A stretch of DNA of 64,000 nucleotides from the IMG/VR virus record IMGVR_UViG_3300018916_000001, positions 87,200 to 151,199 of that record; one strand, given 5' to 3'. Position numbers and translations under genes: made by a program. The notes beneath the pieces were generated by a model that made no database searches, was not told where the DNA came from, and saw only the letters and a program-made list of their open reading frames with translations. Position 1 is the stretch's first letter. Each line of letters starts with the position of its first letter. This DNA comes from a virus. Of this stretch, positions 1 through 11,400 are shown piece after piece.

Positions 1-392
1 TTAGTAATATATCCATTAGTTTTAGTAACTTTTCTAGGATTTGAATATATATCTAACATATAAGAGACTGACATCCAACCCCAGTCAGGATTACTTTCAC
101 TTACAAGACGATCTGTTTTAAAATCTAATCGAAATAGACTTTCACCAATCCAACTTTCAGTGTCCCAAATTGTTCTACCATCTTCTTTATCGTATAGAGA
201 TATTCCTTTATCTTTGAAACCATTACGAATTCTATCAGCTTCTAAATAGTTCTTATTTTTTCTGGCGTCTTTTCGCTGTTCAATAAGCGACTCGATCTCT
301 TCTTTAGTTAAGATAGATTCAATTATCTTAGATTCATATCTAAATGGTAGAAGAAATCTAATCTTTTTATTGTCTCTAGTTAATTCAATCAT
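1..392 (-). CDS. Protein containing a cysteinyl-tRNA synthetase C-terminal-like segment (runs off the window edge; not in ORF track)
   Basis: ATG at 392 overlaps the TAA of the upstream gene (TAATG). Manual translation: MIELTRDNKK...EEIESLIEQRKDARKNKNYLEADRIRNGFKDKGISLYDKEDGRTIW...; open to position 1. Confidence 0.7.
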   Translation of the reverse strand, partial: MIELTRDNKKIRFLLPFRYESKIIESILTKEEIESLIEQRKDARKNKNYLEADRIRNGFKDKGISLYDKEDGRTIWDTESWIGESLFRLDFKTDRLVSESNPDWGWMSVSYMLDIYSNPRKVTKTNGYIT

Positions 393-2088
393 TATAGTAA
401 TCCATTAGCTTTCATTAATAACCTCATGAGATATTGAGCTTTTCTATCAGTAATACCAGCTCGATTAAGTCCTGCTGTTACTTCTGTAGGTGCGCCAAGA
501 AATGTATCATAGATGTCTTTTCCATCAGTAGCAAAATCTTTAGCCTTCTTAGTAATGTCTTGAATCTCAGGTTCCATTACTTTATTTATTCGTTTAGCTA
601 ACTCTCTTCTAGATAAAGTTCTATAATCTACTCCTTCTCCTTTAGTCATTAATTCATCGAAATTATCGTGAACTCTTTTAAGTCTTTCACTATAACTCTT
701 AGGATTATTAGGTTTAAAATTACCAGACCTAACTTCATCTAGCAATCTCTTTATAATTTTAGGTTTAACTACACGAGCATAGATAGCAGATTCAGTACCT
801 TTAGCTAATCCCCTGCCAGTAGCTTTAATCGCTCCTCTCCTACCTGATATTGCTTGAAGTGCTTTTTCCCATTCCTCAGCTTTTACTTCAATGCCAAGTT
901 TCTCTGCTTCAGGGTCTTTAGCTAATTTATTTATTCGTGCAATAGCTAATCCCATCGGACTTTTACGTTCGGCTATTGAAGAAATAGCTAAGTCTTTAAT
1001 CTTATCTTTTTCACTTACTACTTCTTTTACTTTATCGATACCAGTTATTTTTCTCCTAGATGCGTTAGGTACAATGTCATCTAGTAAAATATCACTTTCT
1101 CTTTTGAGTCGAGTTTTAACTTTACGAACTGCTTTATCTACTGGTTTATTTAATACAGCTTCAAAAGATGTTTTTTCTGGAGGTCTACCTAAACCACTTC
1201 TGCGAGTAGGATTTCTTAAAGCTTTCTCAATTTGAAGATTAACTTTCATCCCTAATGGGAGAGGCTCATATATATTCTTGTAATCACGTAAACCTTGTTG
1301 AGCTGGTGTTGTCTCTATTACTGGAATATTTACTCCTGCTTTAGAATTCGACTTAGGATTTTTAACTACGTCTTCTAATAAATAGTTATCTTGTGGTCTT
1401 TTTATTGTTTTTTTTTAGCAGGTGCAAGCAATTTGATTATTTTCTCTTCAGCTTTAGGTACTACCATATCTGGATTATTTATCTTAGTCTTAATAGGAGT
1501 AGTCCAGGGATCAGGAATATTATCTTTTCTACGAATTCTGTTTTGAGTTACTGGTTTTTTTACTGTCATCTTAGAACCTCTCACTCCTGATTTACTAGGA
1601 ATTGGAGTAGTCCAAGGATCTGGTAAAGGGTCAAAATTTTTCTTTATTTCTGTTGGTTTTTCAACTACTTTAGAAACTTCTGCTACAGGTTTAGTGTTTT
1701 CTACTACCACATCTTTAGGTTTTGTCGAAGTTGGAGTAGAAGCGGTTTTAGATTTTGGTGCAGAAGGAACTTTAAATTTTTCTAATGCTTCCTTATTAAA
1801 AGGATTTCCATCTCCAGGGCGAGGTGTAAGGTTTAGATTATCTACATCATCTACCTTAACCACCATACTCTTCTTTTTCTTAATTACCGATTTAAGATTA
1901 ATACCTTTCTTCTTTAAGAGTATTGCCGCTCCTAAACCAATGACCGCAGTAGTCCCTAACCCAATACCTATATTCCTATTTCGATCTTCATTTTTTTTCC
2001 TAAAGAAATCTTTAATTACAGTGACTTGAAATCCTTTTTTACCTTTAACTAATCTGTTGTGTCCTTTTACCTTATCTTTATTAAACAT
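392..2088 (-). CDS. Lys-rich, membrane-anchored hypothetical protein; ORFs 1402-2088 and 392-1249 are probably one gene joined by a -1 shift at an A9 tract
   Basis: The frame of 392-1249 is open upstream to 1414, overlapping the A9 tract (1408-1416) at the end of ORF 1402-2088. N-terminal hydrophobic helix IGIGLGTTAVIGLGAAILL; PDPWTTPI occurs twice. Confidence 0.6.
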
Positions 2089-2128
2089 ATTGAGATATTA
2101 TAGATATACATACCTATAATAGCAATAA

Positions 2129-2284
2129 ATGAAAGAAGAAGATTTAATTAAGAAACTCTTAGAGATATTAAAAAAAGAACCAATAACTATAAAAGGTAAC
2201 GTTCTCTCTATAGGTAATCAAAAAATAAAAATATCTAATAGAGGAAACAGTATTACTAACATAAGACCTATACAAATTCGTTAA
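2129..2284 (+). CDS. Small hypothetical protein (51 aa)
   Basis: Manual ORF MKEEDLIKKLLEILKKEP... directly before 2289; start resembles the N-terminus of 8401-11427 (MNDDLIVQKILKLLE). Confidence 0.5.
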   Translation: MKEEDLIKKLLEILKKEPITIKGNVLSIGNQKIKISNRGNSITNIRPIQIR

Positions 2285-2288
2285 ATCA

Positions 2289-4769
2289 ATGGCCGTTACT
2301 TACGCAAATAGCAGAATTATTTTACCTAGTAGTTGTTGGAATGTTACTTCTTCTACTGGAGGTCAATTATCATCTCAAAATTTATACTTCTCATTACAAG
2401 CAGAAAATAGAGTAGGTAGAAATTTATTACTTATCTCTTCTTTAATTTCTATACCTACATCGGGAAAAGTTACTTTCACTATTAATTCACAAGCTAAACT
2501 ACCTACTGAAGAAATATTTAATTATGTAATTGGTGCTTCTACCACTTCTAATCCAACTACTTTTAGTCAGTTATTCAAAATCCCAATTGATTCATCTACT
2601 ATATTTCCAATCACTTTAACTATTAGTAGAGATATTTTTCTTAAGAGAGGTTATATAACTTCTGACGATATTTCTAGTATCCCTTCTAGTGATTTACTTC
2701 ATGGAATGCTAATTGGATATAACGGAACAGGTTTAATTTATGAGTATGACTCTTTAGATTCTACTACTCCAATAGATAATGAACTAACACTTTTAGCTGG
2801 GTCTAATAAGCGATTTAAAGCTAGAGGAACCTTTTCAACTTATATATCTTCGGTTTATGATGTTGATGGCTCTAGACTCGATTTAAGAGAAGAAAATGAT
2901 ATTAGACCAATACTAAGAGATTATAATCCTAATGGTAGTGATTCTTCTTCTATTCGGTTATGGATAGATAATCCTAGTGGTTCTGTAGCGGTTGGTACTA
3001 GAATTACTTTAATAGTAAAATTAAATGAAAATATAAAGACTAACCTATTCGATAAGAAGATCCGTTACGTATTTGAAGGAATAGTAGATTTAAATACTTG
3101 TGTTCTTAGAACTACTAAGAGGGATGGAATTACACCTTTCGAGAAATTAGGAATCCCTTTAGTTTTTAATACTAACTCTCCAAACTTTGCATTAGAAGAA
3201 GATTTACTTATAGGAGAAGCTTTATCTTTTAGTTTCTACTTAAACTTTTTAGGAGCTGAAATAAACGATTTCATACCAGAGAAATCTATAATATCTATTT
3301 ACCCTTCTTTCGTTTCTAATGTTGGAAATTATGTTGCAGGTTCAGAAGTTATAGGAGATTGTATATTTGCAGAAGAAGGTAGACGAAGAATATTACCTTC
3401 TACTACTATTAGCGGATTAGAAGTTCTTTCTGGTAGTGGATTGATTAAGAACTATACATTTCCTTTATTACCTAAAACTACTATCTTAGGATTGATATCT
3501 AATCTAGATAATCAAAAAGTTTTTATTAGTAACTTAGGAAGCTGTTATCTTGCTCCTACTAACGTACCTAATAATTCAGCTATAAGAGCCTTTGTATCTA
3601 CTTTAAGTGGACAGACGAGTTCTAGTGCTTGGAGTAGCTATATCTCTATTACTCAAAATAGTAATTTTACTCTTAAACTTACTTTACCTACTTCTATTAG
3701 ATCTACTTATCCAGATGTAATTGCTAATACTACTTCTACTTTCTCTATAGCTAAATTTGTCATTTATGTACAAAGACAATCTAACTCTGAAATACGTAAA
3801 TTTGAAATTAACTATACTACAAATCTATCTACTATCACTTTATCTGATTGGAATGCTGGTACTATAGTTTCTTCTATACCAACTAATAGTAATAGTAGTT
3901 TCAATCTATACAACTTACCTTACTTCATAGTAGAGAACGGATTGGGAAGTGGATTTGTTATAGGTAATTATAGATTCTGTATTGCTTATTCATATGATGG
4001 AAATCAAGTAACATCAATAATACATGACGTAGCTAAAGGATGTATAGTAGAATTAGATATGCCACTTTCACAAGCTCTAAACAATATGAAATATTTAGGA
4101 GAACCTTTATTTAAGGAGCAATTAGTTTCACTAGATACTACTTATATCCCAGATGGACATAGAAGATCTCTTAAAGGAACTGATAGTAGTTACTTAGATT
4201 TAGTGTTCTATAAATATCAGACAGGTGCAGGTAATAATATAACTAGCTTTAAACCAGGTACTTTACCTTCTAGTTCTCCGGGTATTTGGAAAGAAAAAGA
4301 GTCAGGACTTAACTTAGACCAAGTAAGTGCTTATGTGTATTCTACTATATTTCCTAATTTATCTACTCTCAATGATTTAATTAGATCAGTAGATGATAGC
4401 ATGATTCCTTTGATACTAGCTTTAGGTGGTGGAGAAAGTTCTAGTAACGGTACTACTACATCTAGTTCTCCTACTTCATCTTCTCAATTACCTGTAGTGG
4501 TAAATGGGTCGTCTATTACTCCTAATCTAACTGAAGGAAACACTTATTTATTTAATAGTACGGGAACTCTTAGTCAAATAAACAATCCTTTGAATATAGT
4601 CGATGGTCAGAGGTTTGATATACAAGTAAACAATACAGGAACTTATAATTTTAGTAATCAATATCAGTTACCAGAAAGCTATACTTCTGTGTTTTTAGAT
4701 TCTAGAAGTACAATAAGAGCAGTAGACCGTGGTACATTAGTAGATATTATGATTTTTAGCGTGTGGTAA
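2289..4769 (+). CDS. Putative virion structural (tail/baseplate) protein
   Basis: 826 aa, Ser/Thr-rich beta-type composition, co-oriented upstream of the tail fibre. Confidence 0.5.
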   Translation: MAVTYANSRIILPSSCWNVTSSTGGQLSSQNLYFSLQAENRVGRNLLLISSLISIPTSGKVTFTINSQAKLPTEEIFNYVIGASTTSNPTTFSQLFKIPIDSSTIFPITLTISRDIFLKRGYITSDDISSIPSSDLLHGMLIGYNGTGLIYEYDSLDSTTPIDNELTLLAGSNKRFKARGTFSTYISSVYDVDGSRLDLREENDIRPILRDYNPNGSDSSSIRLWIDNPSGSVAVGTRITLIVKLNENIKTNLFDKKIRYVFEGIVDLNTCVLRTTKRDGITPFEKLGIPLVFNTNSPNFALEEDLLIGEALSFSFYLNFLGAEINDFIPEKSIISIYPSFVSNVGNYVAGSEVIGDCIFAEEGRRRILPSTTISGLEVLSGSGLIKNYTFPLLPKTTILGLISNLDNQKVFISNLGSCYLAPTNVPNNSAIRAFVSTLSGQTSSSAWSSYISITQNSNFTLKLTLPTSIRSTYPDVIANTTSTFSIAKFVIYVQRQSNSEIRKFEINYTTNLSTITLSDWNAGTIVSSIPTNSNSSFNLYNLPYFIVENGLGSGFVIGNYRFCIAYSYDGNQVTSIIHDVAKGCIVELDMPLSQALNNMKYLGEPLFKEQLVSLDTTYIPDGHRRSLKGTDSSYLDLVFYKYQTGAGNNITSFKPGTLPSSSPGIWKEKESGLNLDQVSAYVYSTIFPNLSTLNDLIRSVDDSMIPLILALGGGESSSNGTTTSSSPTSSSQLPVVVNGSSITPNLTEGNTYLFNSTGTLSQINNPLNIVDGQRFDIQVNNTGTYNFSNQYQLPESYTSVFLDSRSTIRAVDRGTLVDIMIFSVW

Positions 4770-4963
4770 TCAATATGCAAATAGAACAATCTACTTATCA
4801 ACAGACTCTAATAGAACACTATTACCAGCTTTGTGGGAAACAGTTAAACGATATTATATCTTTACAAGCTCAAGTGGACTTATTGATAAAAGAAATAGAG
4901 ATAAGAGATAAGAAAATAGCCGAATTAGAGGTATTAGATGTCAACACGAATACTGATACTTAA
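4763..4963 (+). CDS. Small coiled-coil hypothetical protein
   Basis: ORF overlaps both neighbours; heptad-like pattern. Confidence 0.5.
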   Translation: MVINMQIEQSTYQQTLIEHYYQLCGKQLNDIISLQAQVDLLIKEIEIRDKKIAELEVLDVNTNTDT

Positions 4964-6347
4964 AGATGGAGTTATTAAACCGGGTACTTCTTCTGATATA
5001 TCTCTAGTAGATTTAACAAGCAATCAGACTATAGGAGGTAATAAAACTTTTACAGGCACTATATCGGGGATAACACCTTTGATGGTAGGACTTGGAAATG
5101 TAAATAATACTTCTGACATTAATAAACCTGTTTCTACAGCTACTCAATCAGCTCTTAACCTAAAAGCTAATTTAAGCTCTCCCAACTTTACTGATATACC
5201 AACTGTTCCTACAGCGAGTAACGGAACGAATACTACTCAGATAGCAAATACAGCTTTTGTATCTACTGCTATTGCCAATCTAGTAGCTTCTTCTCCTTCT
5301 ACTCTAGATACTTTAAACGAGCTAGCTACTGCATTAGGTAACGACCCTAATTTTGCTACTACTATTAGTACGTTATTAGGGTTAAAAGCAAATATAGCAT
5401 CTCCTACTTTTACTGGGAATGTTGGTTTTAGTGGAACTTTAAGTTTACCTACTACTACAGGTACTACAATTGGAACTATTTGGCGTAACGGAAGCAATCT
5501 AGAATTTAAAGATACTTCTAACGTTACTCAGATAATTTTAAATAGTGCAGGTAACTTAAGCAACTTATCAGATAAACAACTATCTCTCAATAACTTAGTA
5601 GGAGCAGTTACATCAGGTAGTTATTTACGAGGTAATGGTACTAATGTTGTACTATCTGCTATTCAAGCTAGTGATGTTCCTACTTTAAATCAAAATACTA
5701 CGGGAACTGCTAGTAACATTACAGGTATTACTACTATAGCTAATGGTGGAACAGGAAGTAATACTAAGAATTTTGTAGATTTAACTACTAATCAAACTAT
5801 TGCAGGGATAAAAACCTTTAGTGATACTACGGAATCTACTAGCACAACTACAGGAAGTAATATTTACCTAGGAGGAGTGGCAATAACTAAAAACTTAGCA
5901 GTTGGAGGCAGAATAATACAATCTATTAACTATACTTTTAAAGGTGCTGCATCTGTATTACAAGCTATTCCAAATGCTGTTTTTACTAAAGTCACGTTAA
6001 ATTCTGAGATAAATGATACTAACAATCAGTACAACCCAACTTTATCTAGATTGACGGCTGTTACTTCTGAGGTATGGCAACTGAGTTTGTATATTACTTT
6101 GAGACTAACAGCATCTACTAGAATATTACTATCGGTCTTTAAAAACGGAACTGAGGTAGGAGGAATCTCTAGAATATTAGACACTGTTGCAAACACAGGA
6201 GACTTTGGTATTAATCTCTATATACCTGAATTTTCTTTAGTAGTTAACGACTATTTAGAAGTTTACTGTTATGCTACTCCTAGTATAAATGTTTTTGGAG
6301 ATTCTAGTTTGAATACTGTCTTTTGGAGCGGAAAGCGAATTAATTAA
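4938..6347 (+). CDS. Phage tail fibre protein
   Basis: Tail-fibre motif SPNFTDIPTVPTA..TNTTQIANTAFV..LVASSPSTLDTLNELATALGNDPNFATT; repeated VDLTxNQTIxGxKTF; C1q-like beta C-terminal domain. Confidence 0.85.
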   Translation: MSTRILILKDGVIKPGTSSDISLVDLTSNQTIGGNKTFTGTISGITPLMVGLGNVNNTSDINKPVSTATQSALNLKANLSSPNFTDIPTVPTASNGTNTTQIANTAFVSTAIANLVASSPSTLDTLNELATALGNDPNFATTISTLLGLKANIASPTFTGNVGFSGTLSLPTTTGTTIGTIWRNGSNLEFKDTSNVTQIILNSAGNLSNLSDKQLSLNNLVGAVTSGSYLRGNGTNVVLSAIQASDVPTLNQNTTGTASNITGITTIANGGTGSNTKNFVDLTTNQTIAGIKTFSDTTESTSTTTGSNIYLGGVAITKNLAVGGRIIQSINYTFKGAASVLQAIPNAVFTKVTLNSEINDTNNQYNPTLSRLTAVTSEVWQLSLYITLRLTASTRILLSVFKNGTEVGGISRILDTVANTGDFGINLYIPEFSLVVNDYLEVYCYATPSINVFGDSSLNTVFWSGKRIN

Positions 6348-6349
6348 TT

Positions 6350-6673
6350 ATGCCTATCATTATCACTGATTCAGATAATATCTCTACTATTAATACTGCT
6401 TCTAGATTACAAATTAATTTAGAGGTTGCTAACGAAATAGTAGAAGATATGGAAATAGAAGTCTTTTTTACTGTAGAAACCCAACTATCAAACGGCAGAC
6501 CTATCGGACAACCTTATTGGGATTCCGAACCTTTAAAACTTAACTGTAGAGGAAATCCTAAGCTTACGGAAGCAATGAGAGTTATTCAAGAAGCTATTGG
6601 TTATTATAGATATTTACAGCTTACAACTCCCAAAGAAGTAAGTATTACTCCTAAAAAACCTATACCTGAATAA
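6350..6673 (+). CDS. Hypothetical protein, possible tail-fibre chaperone
   Basis: Position immediately downstream of the tail fibre. Confidence 0.4.
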   Translation: MPIIITDSDNISTINTASRLQINLEVANEIVEDMEIEVFFTVETQLSNGRPIGQPYWDSEPLKLNCRGNPKLTEAMRVIQEAIGYYRYLQLTTPKEVSITPKKPIPE

Positions 6674-6675
6674 CT

Positions 6676-7059
6676 ATGCCAACAACTCTTCCACTAACAG
6701 AAACTATAAATCTTAATGTAGCCCCAACTACTCTATTTCAAGCTTCCACCTCGACTACTTATTTTATTGCTAAAGTATCTCTAAAAAATGAAAAATCTGA
6801 AGCTGCTAAAGTAACCGTCAGACTAAATAATTTAGAGATTGTCAAAGATTTGATTTTACCTATATTCAATCAAGAGCCATTAGAAATTAACTCTCTCTCG
6901 AAATTAATACTTAGAGGAACTGACAAATTAGAAATTACTGTCATACCTAACAGTTCAACTGGAGCTAGTGGAGGTACAGTAGGGGGGTTTCCTTGGTATA
7001 CCAACGTAGAATCAAATGCAGCTACAATAATAATGACTTATGTTAAACAAACTAATTAA
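6676..7059 (+). CDS. Putative virion protein
   Basis: Beta-rich ORF in the structural operon. Confidence 0.45.
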   Translation: MPTTLPLTETINLNVAPTTLFQASTSTTYFIAKVSLKNEKSEAAKVTVRLNNLEIVKDLILPIFNQEPLEINSLSKLILRGTDKLEITVIPNSSTGASGGTVGGFPWYTNVESNAATIIMTYVKQTN

Positions 7060-7071
7060 TAAATAAAAATT

Positions 7072-7638
7072 ATGCCATCTTATCAAGTTACTCCTGGTTC
7101 TGGTCTACGTATTGCTTGCGAAACATATTTAGAAGGTTCTGATACTGTTAATATCCCTATTATCACTAATAAAACAATTTCAGTTTCCAGTACAAATACA
7201 GGTGTTACAGCTACAGCTTATGCAGCAAACCAATTAATAGGAACTTCTGCATTTACGTTCTCTAATATCTCTCTAAAAGCTGGATTGGGAGGAGTAATAC
7301 AAAATGCTTCTTTATTTTGTGATGTACCTTCTACTGGTCAGTATTTATTAAGGCTGTTCGATAAACCTATTACTACTGCTTTCACTGATAAACTTCTTTA
7401 TTCTTCTTATGCTCTAACAGACCTTGAAGCTCAAAACTTTATAGGAGATATTGAATTTTCTTTCGGTTTAGCTAGCTCCCTCAACACTCTTTATGGTGTC
7501 AACGGAGTATCAATGGCTTTTACTACAGATTCTGCTGGTTCTCCTCATATTTACGGACTTCTACTAGCTAGAAATGCGCATACTATGACGGGAGTTAGTA
7601 CCTCAGGTCTTCGAGTTACTTTAGAAGCATTGCTATAA
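7072..7638 (+). CDS. Putative virion protein
   Basis: Beta-rich ORF in the structural operon. Confidence 0.45.
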   Translation: MPSYQVTPGSGLRIACETYLEGSDTVNIPIITNKTISVSSTNTGVTATAYAANQLIGTSAFTFSNISLKAGLGGVIQNASLFCDVPSTGQYLLRLFDKPITTAFTDKLLYSSYALTDLEAQNFIGDIEFSFGLASSLNTLYGVNGVSMAFTTDSAGSPHIYGLLLARNAHTMTGVSTSGLRVTLEALL

Positions 7639-7639
7639 A

Positions 7640-8122
7640 ATGAAAAGTCAGAATATAGCTAAGATAAATCCAATAATAGATATTACTTCTCCTGTACTTC
7701 TTCAATGTAAGAGTGGAGAATGCGGTAGTTGTCCTAACAATACTGGTAAAATGCTTTGGATACTAGGAGAGATAAGCAACATTGCTTTTAACTTTAGATA
7801 TAATTTCTTTGACAAAAGTGCAGAAAGTACAAGTAGTATTAGATATAACTTAGCTACTGGAACTATAAATGGTTCTAGCGTTAGTTACTCTAATAGACCG
7901 GATAAAGCTTGGGCAATAGCTAATACAACGATAACTTCTAGTCCAAATCTTACCCCATCTTCTATGTCTGGGTATTCTACTTTATCTCATTCCTTTGCTG
8001 TTCCTAGCAGTGGAGGATGGTTATTCTTCAGACAACCTAATCCAGCTATTAGTAACATTCATGACGCTTTATGTTTTGAATATAACCATGAAAGACGATT
8101 GATTACTTTTCGTTCGTTTTAA
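7640..8122 (+). CDS. Hypothetical protein
   Basis: ORF in the structural operon. Confidence 0.45.
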   Translation: MKSQNIAKINPIIDITSPVLLQCKSGECGSCPNNTGKMLWILGEISNIAFNFRYNFFDKSAESTSSIRYNLATGTINGSSVSYSNRPDKAWAIANTTITSSPNLTPSSMSGYSTLSHSFAVPSSGGWLFFRQPNPAISNIHDALCFEYNHERRLITFRSF

Positions 8123-8388
8123 CTACCATGTAAACTGTCCCAAATATCTACTTTTCTTTGTAGATTTAATAGGAGCTGAGTAGAAACTCCTAATCTAAGG
8201 TCAACCTCTACAGCTAAAAGATAAGTTATAGGTCTTGTACCTAGTAATACCTCTCTAAGTTTTAGGTTACTTTTACTAACCTCATTTATACTAATTCCTC
8301 TATCTTCTAGAATATCTACTAAAATAGAACCAGGATGTAGAGGTTTTACTTTTCTCTGCATTATGTTAGTTACAAAATTCACACACAT
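8119..8388 (-). CDS. higA: HigA-family (XRE HTH) antitoxin-like protein, orphan
   Basis: PLHPGSIL..ILEDRGIS..EVLLGTRPIT..LA..L..LGVSTQLLLNLQ..DIW matches the HigA/VapI pattern. Confidence 0.8.
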   Translation of the reverse strand: MCVNFVTNIMQRKVKPLHPGSILVDILEDRGISINEVSKSNLKLREVLLGTRPITYLLAVEVDLRLGVSTQLLLNLQRKVDIWDSLHGS

Positions 8389-8400
8389 AAATAATTTCCT

Positions 8401-11400
8401 ATGAATGACGACTTAATAGTTCAAAAGATTCTTAAGCTATTAGAGAACAACGCTGCTTTTATTGGTTATGCCCTTAACGGTGGAATTGGAACTAAGATAA
8501 ACGTCAGAAATACTGAGACAGGAAAAACTATTCAAGCTCTTAGTATTAATGTAGATTCTAGCGGGGAAGTTTTAGTTGTTAAAGATTCCGATGACGGTCA
8601 GTATAAAGCAGTTACATTCAAAGCAGCAGAACAAGTAACTGAAAGAATCATTCAGGTAAGAAAGACTAAGCCTGTGGATGACAAAAAAGTTATTGAATAT
8701 ACAGATTCAGATATTGAAGTGTTTTATCTCTTTATCAAATTAATAGATACTGGTAGTCCTGTTTCTACTCAACTAACTTCTACTTGGATTAGAAAAGGTA
8801 GCTCATGTACTCAATTTGTTGGAGCGTATGAGAGATGTAATTATGCTGCTAGAGATACTATTGAAGGAACTTCTTATATGGGTTTGCCTTATAAACCTTA
8901 CTCAAGTTTAAATGATTGTCTTAACGACGATTTAGGCAGAGATGCTAAAACTCCTCATGGGACAGGGGATGAGCAAGGTTTAGGAGCAGGATTTAAAATA
9001 TACTCTACTAGAATGACTTCGGATGCAGAACAAGCATTACAAGCTGCTTTAATCTCTCATGACAATTACTACGGAACTAATTTTAGAAAACTATTTGGTT
9101 ATGGAAGTATTTTAGAATGTTCTGGAGGAATGTTTGTTGTAGGATGGGAATCTGGATATGCAAGCCCAACACCAGAACAACAAGCTTTAGGTCAGTCAGG
9201 TACCTATTTTACTCGCTGCGAATTTAGTTATTTGCCTGGATACACAAATGATTGTACTATTGCACAACAAAATGCTAGATATTGCGATACAAGAGGGTTT
9301 ATTAATAGTAAAGCTCCTCTTTTTGGTCAAGAAGAACCTGGACAACCTAGTTTAAATCAAGTTGACAATACTTGGGGACATCAATATGGTTGGGTAGATT
9401 TGTCTTACGACTTTATGTATAAGAGACACTTTATACCTTCCTATGTTAATGGAGCTGCTGCACAAGGTAGCTTTTTAATCTTAGAAGTAAATGATGACCA
9501 AACACCTACTATTCCAGAAGGTTATTTCCCTTGGACTCCTGGTTGTCCTAGTAACTTAGGAGAAGGAGGCCCATATAATGGAAGTGGAGGTAACAGGTTT
9601 CCAGATGGCCCACCAAAACTAAAAAAAAGAGATATGAAACTCTCTACTCATAAAGCTGAAATTTGGTTGGGAAGCAGTAAAAAAGAAGAAGCAATTAAAC
9701 TATATGAGTTAGGTGCAAGTGACTTATTTTCTGGGATGTACAACGCCTTTATTTTAGCAGCTAACGAAACTCAAGTAGATATAGAAAATAGACTAAGAAG
9801 AAACTTTGCAATTAGTGAAGAAGACCAAGCAAAACATATTAAATTTTATGAAAACTGCAATAAAAACATTATTGATTTAAGAATTGACCCTAGAGTTTGG
9901 GTTTACATTTTAAATAACGTTCCTCTAAGTAACTATGTTACTCCTAGTATAGACGGAATTTTTACAGACCCTAGAAACCGTTCTTTACAACAAATCGTAG
10001 ATAACTTATATAACAGAACTATTAATTTAACAGTAGTAGATAATAAAACACAAGTTGTACATTTAAAACTAGGACTAGAACCAAAAAGTGTTCTTAGTAA
10101 TACTGATTGTAAAGGAACAAAGTCAGGTAATCTCCCTATAAGTGCTAACGATTTAACACCTAATCAAAGTTGGGAATATAGGAAATACGTAACTATAAAA
10201 ATAAAAAACTGGCAAATAGAATCTACTTCTAACACTTTAGATACTACTTTAATCCCAAATACAACGTGGAATAAACAGTATATAGAAAGGAAATTTTTTA
10301 CTTCTTTTGGGAGCCTTATTTACAATGCTAGTGGAGGAGTTGGTACTGGTAATAGCGAGAGAGATGTTGCAAATAATATATTGCTTAGACCTAATAACGA
10401 TATTTCTTTTATAGGCTTAACTTCTGGAAACAACTATGAACAATACAATTACAGTCAAGCTAATAATCCTACAAGTAGTAGCGTTTTTACCCCTATGATT
10501 TTCTTTGTTAATAGCAGCACTTTTTTAGCTAAAAATACTTCATCTGGGGATAGTCAACGACGAGTTTTACTATCTACTTCTAGTTGGTGGGCTTTATGGG
10601 ACAGAAGTATCTTAGACTCTACTAAAAAGAGATTAAGTTCTGTAGTAGGGTATGAGAGAAATATTTATCAAATACTTACAAGTTATGGGTTAGACCCTAA
10701 TTTAAACTACACAAGTATTAGTAATAACAGTCATATTAGTAATAGAACTTACTTTGATTATGTTCTTAACAGACCTAAACTATTAGTACCTTCTAATATT
10801 AAAAGTGTAAGAAATAAGCTAGTACCAGTAACTAATGATAATAGCTTTACAGCTTTATCTACTAGAAAAAATACTCTTAATGCTTACGGATTAAATTTCT
10901 ACTATACTTATCATCTTACTTCTTGGTCACAGTATCGTTTAAGTGGTAGATTAGATAATATTACGGTTCCTAACTTAGGTGTACTGTCTCCTTTTTATGG
11001 AAATTCTAATTTAAATACTCACAATACGAGAGAAAGTGTTTTGGCTATAAATACTGATTCTGGTAGTTATGTGTCCACTCGACGATTAGATACTAATCAA
11101 TGGTTTAATAATTTTTGGGCGCAATTAATATTTGACGGTTCTATTAAAGTAGATGTGGATTCTTATAAAAATGTAGAATTTAATCCTCCTACTAATCCAA
11201 CACGATATATTAAATACGCTACTAATCAACTTAATTCTAATAATGAGTATAGCTTTGTCTTAGATAAAGTACAAAATTTAGAAACCGTCCTTACTCCCGG
11301 AGTTCTAGATATTACTAAACAAGTTCCTATTAAAAAGCCCACTAATGTAGAGCTAGACCCTAATATGTCTTTCCTAGTGTATTTATTTCCATTCGTTTCT

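Noticed and set aside
891-2029. + strand ORFs 891-1235, 1393-1590 and 1694-2029
   Set aside because: Antisense shadows of the - strand gene. The same applies to 5237, 13543, 17037, 24338, 25475, 26753, 30690, 36292, 40227, 43789, 45625, 46010, 52537, 52814 and 57771.
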